Origin: Candidatus Eiseniibacteriota bacterium
GTDB lineage: Bacteria > Eisenbacteria > RBG-16-71-46 > JABDJR01
Direction of reading: 5' to 3'
Assembly: GCA_963783375.1 (NCBI GenBank)
Contig: CAWANH010000028.1
Coordinates: 1,088,001 to 1,152,000, forward strand
Length of the DNA stretch: 64,000 nucleotides
Below the pieces are notes generated by a model that saw only the letters and a program-made list of their open reading frames with translations, ran no database searches and was not told the DNA's origin. The translations under genes and the position numbers were made by a program. Positions 57,449 through 64,000 of the stretch are shown piece by piece; the stretch's first letter is position 1; each line of letters begins with the position of its first letter.

Positions 57449-58594
57449 ATGGCCCGCCGCTCCCGCCTTGTCCTCTCCGTGTTCGCCTTGTCGCTCGTCT
57501 TCTGCGCCGCATCCGCCCTTGCCGATGACGGGCCGGGCGCGTTCTCCACCTCTTCCATTCACTCCGGGGGGCGCATGCGCTCCACCCACGGGGTTTTCTC
57601 CATCGCCGGCGGCGCCTATCCCGACGCCGAGCCCCGCTATCACAACGGGAGCGAGCTGGTGTGTGGGGACTGCCACGTCATGCACGCTTCCCAGACCCAT
57701 CCCTACGATCCGGCGGGCGCGAGGCCGGGGGAGGAGGTCCCCTACGCCGGAGGGCCCAACCCGAAGCTCCTGAAGGTCCCCGACCCTCTCGATCTCTGTC
57801 TCAACTGCCACGACGGCCGCACCTTCGCCCCCGACGTTCTCGGGGCGGACGTGAACGGCCTCGTCCAGCGCTCGGCGGGACACTTCGACGAGCCGGAGCT
57901 GGCCAACCCCCGCGGACACGACCTGGGCCGGGGCCTCCCCGACGCCGAGGGATTCGGCCTCTGCACGCGGTGCCACTTCTCGAGCGGCGAGGACGCCAAG
58001 GTCACCTGCATCGACTGCCACAACCCGCACGGGAACGGGGTGGCCCGGAACCTCCAGTGGGCGAGCGATCCCACGTCCACCCCGGACCTGGGGCTCTTCG
58101 TGAACCCGGGGGCGAGCGGGCTGGCCCGCTACGAGGCTTCGAACGTTTCCTTCGGGACCCTGAACACCGACCAGCTCCGCGAGGTCACCAACATCTGCCT
58201 CGACTGCCACCACATCTTCTCGGGGGAATCCTACATCGACCCCGACGGCAACGGGTTCCACAACCGCCATCCCACCTACGACAGCGAGCGCGGGTCGATC
58301 AACTCCATCAGCCAGGGGGACGCCGACGGGCGGACCAATTCCCCCCACTGGCTGGGAGGGACCGGGTCGGGGTTCATGGGGACGCCGCGGCTCCGCTTCG
58401 TGGCCTCCGGGGCCACCGACTTCGCCTCCGGGACGGTCGTGGACGCGGACAACGACGGGGTGTTCTGTTTGAGCTGCCACACCGCCCATGGAAGCGATCA
58501 GGCCTTCGCCCTGACCTGGACGCTCCAGGACGGATACGGCGCCCCCGGCTGCGACCAGTGTCACTACGTGGCCCAGGTGGACGCGGCCCCCTAG
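57449..58594 (+). CDS. OmcS-like multiheme cytochrome c, 7 CxxCH
   Basis: Signal peptide; 'YHNGSELVCGDCHVMH', 'CLNCH', 'GH', 'CIDCHNPHG', 'RHP', 'VFCLSCHTAH', terminal 'CDQCH'. Confidence 0.85.
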   Translation: MARRSRLVLSVFALSLVFCAASALADDGPGAFSTSSIHSGGRMRSTHGVFSIAGGAYPDAEPRYHNGSELVCGDCHVMHASQTHPYDPAGARPGEEVPYAGGPNPKLLKVPDPLDLCLNCHDGRTFAPDVLGADVNGLVQRSAGHFDEPELANPRGHDLGRGLPDAEGFGLCTRCHFSSGEDAKVTCIDCHNPHGNGVARNLQWASDPTSTPDLGLFVNPGASGLARYEASNVSFGTLNTDQLREVTNICLDCHHIFSGESYIDPDGNGFHNRHPTYDSERGSINSISQGDADGRTNSPHWLGGTGSGFMGTPRLRFVASGATDFASGTVVDADNDGVFCLSCHTAHGSDQAFALTWTLQDGYGAPGCDQCHYVAQVDAAP

Positions 58595-58629
58595 CCTTAC
58601 CGGAAGCCGAAGCACCTCCGGGCAAGGAC

Positions 58630-58660
58630 GAGCGCCCCGCGGGAGATCCGCGGGGCGCTC
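58630..58660. terminator. GC-rich hairpin between convergent genes
   Basis: GAGCGCCCCGCGG-GAGAT-CCGCGGGGCGCTC; no U tract. Confidence 0.55.
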
Positions 58661-58687
58661 TCATGCCTTGCCCGATGGACGGACCGG

Positions 58688-61054
58688 CTACACCTTCACC
58701 TTCTCGTCCAGGTAGCGGCGGATGCCCCGGTACTGGCCCTCGCCGTCCAGACCGGCCTCGGCCAGGACCATCTCCGCCTGGCCGCTCCCCAGGAAGTGCC
58801 CCTTCTTGAAGGGGTACATGGAGAGCTCGCGTCCGCGCTCCGAGCGCACCCACCGGTACAGGGTGGGGAGGGTGAACCCGCTGATCCCCACCGCCTCCTG
58901 GGCCCAGGCCTCGGGGAAGACGCGCTCCCGCTCCTGGACCGGCAGGAGGTCGAAGAGCTCCGCCGAGGCCACGTAGACCACGTTCATGTCCACCCCGTCG
59001 GCCAGCAGGCGGGGCAGGGTCTCGTTCACGAACGCCATGGTCACCCCGCTCCCCTGGAGCACCAGGACCCCGTCTCCCGGCCCCTTGGCCCGGCGCAGCA
59101 CGTAGACCCCGGTCCGGCAGGCCACCGCCGGGGCCAGCCCCAGCTTCTCCCGATCGGGGATCGTCTCGTTGGGGCGGGTCACGAAGGGCGCGATCACCGC
59201 GGGGCGGCGGGCCAGGGCCGCGCTCACCAGCGGCCACATCTCCTGGGGATCCCAGGGGGTGAGGGTGATCGCGGTGCCGGCGGGGAAGTTCTCCTGGAGG
59301 AGCTGCAGGGCCTGGGGATCGGCGTGGGTGGGGCCGTCTTCCCCGGTCTTGAGTCCGGCGTGGGCGCAGACCAGGAACATGGGCTTGTAGGGATCGTCGG
59401 CGATGGCCCGGCGGGCCTGGTTCCCGATGGCGTGGAGCCGGGCCGAGATGTGGCCGAGAGGGGCGATGAAGGCGGCGTAGGACGAGGCCGCCCCGATGTG
59501 CCGGCCGTAGGACCCGATCCCCGAGACCACCCCGGACATGGCGTCCTCGCAGATGCCGCCGATCGAGAGCAGCCGGGTGTCCGGGTTCCCCGAGGCGTTG
59601 AAGTAGCCCTCGCCGAATCCCTTGCCGATGGTGTTCACGCTGGTGGAGCCGAGCAGGTCCGCCGCCGTCACCAGGATCGCTCCGCCGCTCTCCTGGTTGT
59701 AGTGATTCAGCACCCGCCCCAGCTCCCCGCGAAGGGTGGTGGCGGTTCCGGGCTTCAGGGTCAGCGCCTCGGGGACGTTCTCTCCGTCCCGCTCGGCCAT
59801 GGCGTAGATCGCGTCCACCCGCGGCGCGCCCTCCCGGGGCCGGCGCTCCAGGCGCTCCAGGCGCGCCCGGGCCTCGACCAGGCGGTCGGCCAGGTGGTCG
59901 ACCATCCCCGCCCGCCGCTGGATCTCGTCGCGGACGATCTCGAGGGAGGCCCAGAAGCACTCCTCCATGACCCCGGGCCCCCCCGGGCCCTGGCACCGGA
60001 GGGCGTCGAGCCCGTGGCAGGTGGGAAGCTCCACCTTGCGATCCCCGAGGAGCGGGTTCAGCGCCTGGTAGAAGCCGTCGGTGCAGAGCTTGTGTCCCGC
60101 GCCGTGGGAAGCCCGGCCCTCGATCCCGTACTGCCAGCCCTTCACCGTGCGATAGACGACGGCGGTGGGCTGGCCGTTCTCGAGCCCGGCGGCCAGGCGC
60201 TGGGCGGCCAGCACCTGCTGGAAGTCCTTGCCGTCGGGCACGTAGATCACGTTCCAGTCGTGGAGGTAGGCCAGCTCCATCGGGGTCCACTGGACGTAGT
60301 CCCCGGGCTCGGCCCCGTCGCGACAGACCCGGTTGCTGTCGATCGACGCCTGGTTCCAGTCCACGTGCATCACCACGTTGTCGAGAGAGGCGGTGCCGGC
60401 GGCGGCCATGGTCTCGACGACGCGCCCCGGGGTCATGCCCCCCTCGCCCTCGATGATGTGAATGCGCGGGGCGTTCTTGCCGTAGTAGTCGCGGGCCCCG
60501 AAAGCGAGCCCCACCGAGGTGGAGATCCCCACTCCGGAAGCCCCGGTGGAGAGCTTGAGGAACGGCGTGGCCGGGGTGGGATGCCCGTCCAGGGGCTTGG
60601 CGCGGAGCTTCCTGAACAGGGGTCCGTCGGTCACCGGGTTCCGCCGGAAGCCCAGAAGATCCTCCAGGCGGAGCTGGAGCCGCTCGTCGGCGGGAAGGAG
60701 ATCGGGCGCCCCCACCCGGATCACCTCGTTCCGCATGGCCCACATGGCGTAGAGGCCCAGGGCCTTGTGCCCGGCGGCATAGGAGATGAGATCGGCGTCG
60801 GGACGGTCGGGGTCGCTCACGTCGTAGGCCATGGCGTCGTAGAGGACGCCGGTCACGATCCTTCCCGAGGAGATGGAGCCCCCGGGATGACCCGAGGTCG
60901 GGACGTAGTTGTAGAGGACCGCACACAGGGAGCGGTAGATGAGGTCGTAATCCTCGAAGATCGCCAGCTCCGCGGGAGGCAGGGGCGACTGTCCCTTCAT
61001 CTCCTCGGTGACGTCGAGATAGACCCCGCGTCGGGGACCGAACGTGAACGACAT
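58688..61054 (-). CDS. Transketolase family protein (divergent)
   Basis: 'SGHPGGS', 'GHPT', 'GEG...DWNQASID', 'ADL', 'GEDGPTH'; RBS AAGGAG. Confidence 0.88.
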   Translation of the reverse strand: MSFTFGPRRGVYLDVTEEMKGQSPLPPAELAIFEDYDLIYRSLCAVLYNYVPTSGHPGGSISSGRIVTGVLYDAMAYDVSDPDRPDADLISYAAGHKALGLYAMWAMRNEVIRVGAPDLLPADERLQLRLEDLLGFRRNPVTDGPLFRKLRAKPLDGHPTPATPFLKLSTGASGVGISTSVGLAFGARDYYGKNAPRIHIIEGEGGMTPGRVVETMAAAGTASLDNVVMHVDWNQASIDSNRVCRDGAEPGDYVQWTPMELAYLHDWNVIYVPDGKDFQQVLAAQRLAAGLENGQPTAVVYRTVKGWQYGIEGRASHGAGHKLCTDGFYQALNPLLGDRKVELPTCHGLDALRCQGPGGPGVMEECFWASLEIVRDEIQRRAGMVDHLADRLVEARARLERLERRPREGAPRVDAIYAMAERDGENVPEALTLKPGTATTLRGELGRVLNHYNQESGGAILVTAADLLGSTSVNTIGKGFGEGYFNASGNPDTRLLSIGGICEDAMSGVVSGIGSYGRHIGAASSYAAFIAPLGHISARLHAIGNQARRAIADDPYKPMFLVCAHAGLKTGEDGPTHADPQALQLLQENFPAGTAITLTPWDPQEMWPLVSAALARRPAVIAPFVTRPNETIPDREKLGLAPAVACRTGVYVLRRAKGPGDGVLVLQGSGVTMAFVNETLPRLLADGVDMNVVYVASAELFDLLPVQERERVFPEAWAQEAVGISGFTLPTLYRWVRSERGRELSMYPFKKGHFLGSGQAEMVLAEAGLDGEGQYRGIRRYLDEKVKV

Positions 61055-61361
61055 GGTCGTCTCCTTTCGGGAGCAGAGACCGCCCGTGTACGCGGATGCG
61101 CGGCCGTCCCGGGCGCGGGCGTCCCGGCGCCGGCCGAAAAACAGGACCAATTCAGTACATTTTGACCGATGCCTACCCCTCGGATCCGGGAGGGTGGACC
61201 GGTAGCGCCTCAACCGTATTCAAAAAGGGGTGCCCAGTGCCAGGGGTGAAGTCGGAATTCGGATTTCTAGAGCGGTCCCGCGCCCCCGGTCCGGAGCGGC
61301 AGGGCGGCCGGGTCGGGCGAAGCCGGAGCCCGTCGCCGCCGCGGACCGTGGATTTCCTGGA

Positions 61362-62138
61362 TCAGGCCTCGAAATCCTCCCGGCGCACCCACCAGCGGGC
61401 CCCGCACCGGGGGCAGAAGGTCTCGACCTCGGCATCCCCCCGGAAGAGATCCTCGGGATCGTCGGTGAAGATCTGGCGGAGCGCGGTGAGGATCTTCTCC
61501 GGGTTGCACCCGCACCGGAACCGGAAAACCCGCTCCTCGAGCGGGGTCAAGCCGCCCTCCAGGAGGGCCCGGGTCTTCTCCCGGTCCAGGCTTTCGACCC
61601 GGCCGGGATCGGCGTCGGGGAGCGCCACCACCATGGCGTACCGGGCCTCCGTCTCGTCCAACTCGAAGAGCCCGGCCGGGTTCTGCTCCGACCTCGCGTA
61701 GTACTCCTCGAACATGCCCAGCACGTCGAGCCCGCGGACGTCGATGGTGCTCTGGCTGACCCGTTCCGGGGGGCGATAGGCCTGGACGAACATCCGACCG
61801 GTGTCGGCGGTCTTGACCGCCTCGGTGAAGACGCGTCCGGCAACCGAGCCCGAGGCGGCATCCCCGGTGAGGAAGAGGTTCAGGGGAGGGCTGGGCACGT
61901 TGATGGTGATCCCCAGGGACTCGTCGGGGGGCCGGCCGGCCAAGTGCAGGGTCGTCGCGGCCAGGCCCTCGCGCATCATGGTGACGGAGAGGCCGTCCAG
62001 GGGCAGCTCCCAGCGCCCGACGTGCTCCCGGTAGGCGTCGAACAGGGAGGAGAATCGTCCCTCGGCGATGGCCATGGTTCGCTCCGAATCCAGGAACCGG
62101 CGCACCGTGACCTCGCCGAGCCGATCGTCTTCGCTCAC
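61362..62138 (-). CDS. hslO: Hsp33 family redox-regulated chaperone
   Basis: 'YYARSEQ'; zinc motif 'CGC...CPRC'. Confidence 0.82.
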   Translation of the reverse strand: MSEDDRLGEVTVRRFLDSERTMAIAEGRFSSLFDAYREHVGRWELPLDGLSVTMMREGLAATTLHLAGRPPDESLGITINVPSPPLNLFLTGDAASGSVAGRVFTEAVKTADTGRMFVQAYRPPERVSQSTIDVRGLDVLGMFEEYYARSEQNPAGLFELDETEARYAMVVALPDADPGRVESLDREKTRALLEGGLTPLEERVFRFRCGCNPEKILTALRQIFTDDPEDLFRGDAEVETFCPRCGARWWVRREDFEA

Positions 62139-62247
62139 TCCATCTCCTTGCTCTTGGGGGACGCGCCGGAAAGTCGACGCCCACGATCATGTTAGAATAT
62201 CGGTACCCGGGACCGAAGCCAAGAACCCGAACGCACCCGCTCAAACC

Positions 62248-62457
62248 ATGAATGCACGCTGGACCGATCAGGAAATCGACGTCGCGGTGAGGATTTCCGT
62301 GGAGGAGACCCGCCTGCATCCCGCGTTCACCCCCATGGTGCGCCGGTTCGCCCTGGATGAGACCGACGGCTGGCGGGTATGTTGCGGCATGGACTGCAGT
62401 CCGTGCGTGAACGAGCTGGCGCCGGCCGTCGAGCGCGTCCGGGAACTCCTGGGCTAG
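62248..62457 (+). CDS. Small Cys-cluster protein (CCGxxCxPCV)
   Basis: 69 aa; 'VCCGMDCSPCV', similar to the 'oxidoreductase-like N-terminal' motif. Confidence 0.65.
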   Translation: MNARWTDQEIDVAVRISVEETRLHPAFTPMVRRFALDETDGWRVCCGMDCSPCVNELAPAVERVRELLG

Positions 62458-62511
62458 GCCGGGGTTTGACCGATTGGGAACGTACCAAAGCGGCCGCGAA
62501 GGAGAATCGCC

Positions 62512-62955
62512 ATGAAGCGTACCTATTTTCTGCACTTGGCCTGGATCTTCTTCCTGACTCTCCTTCTGGCCGGCTGCACCCAGAACCGGTCGGTGACCAC
62601 ACCGACCGCCCCACTTTCGGTAAAGCTGGGCGAACCGATCGTCCTGGCTCCGGGACAGTCGGTCACGGTTGGGGACGAGGGGCTGGTGATCCGGTTCGTC
62701 GAGGTGTCCGAGGATTCGCGGTGCCCCCAGGGGGTGGAGTGCTTCTGGGAGGGGGACGCCGCCGCGCTTCTGACCGCGAAGCTGCCGCAGGACTTCATTG
62801 ACAACTTCATCCTGCACACGTCCCAGATGTTCCGAACCTTCCAGGACTACGGGGACTACCGGATCCGCCTGACCGCGGTGGCTCCCTTCCCGGTCTACCC
62901 GGACGAGATTCCGTCCGGCGACTACCGGGTGAACCTCGAAGTCACCATGCCCTGA
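62512..62955 (+). CDS. Lipoprotein of unknown function
   Basis: Lipobox 'LAGC'; 'EDSRCPQGVECFWEG' motif; RBS AAGGAG. Confidence 0.85.
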   Translation: MKRTYFLHLAWIFFLTLLLAGCTQNRSVTTPTAPLSVKLGEPIVLAPGQSVTVGDEGLVIRFVEVSEDSRCPQGVECFWEGDAAALLTAKLPQDFIDNFILHTSQMFRTFQDYGDYRIRLTAVAPFPVYPDEIPSGDYRVNLEVTMP

Positions 62956-63154
62956 GTCGCGTCGACCGGAAACTCCAGGAACAGCGATTGCGGATCCGGA
63001 TCACGCGGGCACGGCGGCCCGTCGTCGTCATCCGGAGGCCGGTCGCCTGCTGTGTTACGCTCCGACGACTATCCGATCGGGGCCCCCGGGTCCCGGGTTC
63101 GCAGGCCGGCGGTTTGTCGGCGCCGCCGCCCCGATCGACGAACCGGAGGGACTC

Positions 63155-63865
63155 ATGCGGACACCGGCTTCGGCCCCGAAAGGTCTGGTCGCGCTCACGG
63201 CCCTGCTCGTTCTCTTCGGCGGCTGCGGAGGATCCTCGTCGCCCCGCGCGGTGGCCACCGCGATCAACCCCTTCTTCACCCCGTACAAGCACGCGCTGCT
63301 CCTCACCGGCCAGGGGGACGCCGGAGCCTCGGAAGCCGCGCTCGACTCCGCCCGCGCGGCCTGGCGCCGCGCGGCTTCGCGTCCCCCGGTCTCATACCGT
63401 GAGGACGCGGGATGGGTGGAGCGCCGGGACGCGGTGACCGCTTCACTCACCGACGCCACGGACTTCCTGAAAGCCGGACGTCTCCCCGACGCCCACGAGG
63501 CCCTGGAAGCGGTGCGCTACCGGCTCCAGGCCCAGAACCAGGCGGTCGGGGTGAAGGGCTGGCCCGATCTCCTTCTGGAGTTCCACGACCCCATGGAGGA
63601 CCTGGTCACCTCCGACGACCCCGACGTGATGGAGGACCAGGTTCCCGTCCTCCGGGAGAGCCTCGCGGACCTCGAAGCCTTCAGCGACTCCACCTGGAGC
63701 CCGACCCGGCTCGCGACCAAGGCCGCCCAGGTGGAACGCCTCGCCGCCGCCCTGGATTCGGTGGCGGCGCCCCTTCGAAACGGCGCGTCCCTGGACGAGG
63801 TCCGTCCCCGGGCCAAGGCCCTGAAGCAGGTGTTCGTCGCGATCTACATGAAGTCGGAGTACTGA
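63155..63865 (+). CDS. Helical lipoprotein of unknown function
   Basis: RBS GGAGG; lipobox-like 'FGGC'; 'AHEALE...FHDPME'. Confidence 0.7.
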   Translation: MRTPASAPKGLVALTALLVLFGGCGGSSSPRAVATAINPFFTPYKHALLLTGQGDAGASEAALDSARAAWRRAASRPPVSYREDAGWVERRDAVTASLTDATDFLKAGRLPDAHEALEAVRYRLQAQNQAVGVKGWPDLLLEFHDPMEDLVTSDDPDVMEDQVPVLRESLADLEAFSDSTWSPTRLATKAAQVERLAAALDSVAAPLRNGASLDEVRPRAKALKQVFVAIYMKSEY

Positions 63866-63881
63866 TCGGGGAGAGCCGCGG

Positions 63882-64000
63882 TCACGAGCGGGGGATCTTC
63901 ACCCCCAGGCGCTCGGCTTCGGCGCGTAACGTCTCGGCCAGCCCCGTCGCCAGCGGGCGGGGATCGAAACCCAGATCCCGCCTCGCCTTCGCATCGCTTC
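63882..64000 (-). CDS. 3' end of a probable NAD-dependent epimerase/dehydratase (partial)
   Basis: Minus-strand translation 'SDAKARRDLGFDPRPLATGLAETL...RS*' matches typical extended-SDR C-termini. Confidence 0.6.
   Translation of the reverse strand, partial: SDAKARRDLGFDPRPLATGLAETLRAEAERLGVKIPRS

Overview
High-GC window from a diderm bacterium, with no integrase, transposase, phage gene or CRISPR array visible. FlgD-Ig C-terminal domains and C-terminal 'TTWGRLKxQY' tails suggest an Eisenbacteria/Krumholzibacteriota-like lineage (inference only). The main result is a five-gene, mostly translationally coupled operon (29014-40821) that looks like a complete cytoplasm-to-surface electron conduit. 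It encodes a His-rich cytochrome-b-like membrane protein, a membrane-anchored 2x[4Fe-4S]/FAD/NAD(P)H reductase, a 23-heme cytochrome c, a ~1934-aa cytochrome c with 76 CxxCH motifs (21 near-identical 222-bp tri-heme repeats, hidden from the ORF track by two compensating 1-nt indels), and an outer-membrane beta-barrel. A separate OmcS-like cytochrome with 7 CxxCH lies at 57449-58594. The rest of the window contains sugar ABC permeases, an ECF/FecR pair with two Ig-repeat lipoproteins, secreted Cys-rich proteins, an ECF/zinc anti-sigma pair divergent from an RND efflux operon, anmK-spoIID-nagZ, tRNA-Asp, a GluR0-like channel, an MbfA-like protein, GH31, OsmC, TlpA, an S8 protease, an MFS transporter, a thiolase-fold/DUF35 pair lacking the usual Cys residues, a transketolase and Hsp33. 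All motif counts were done by eye.
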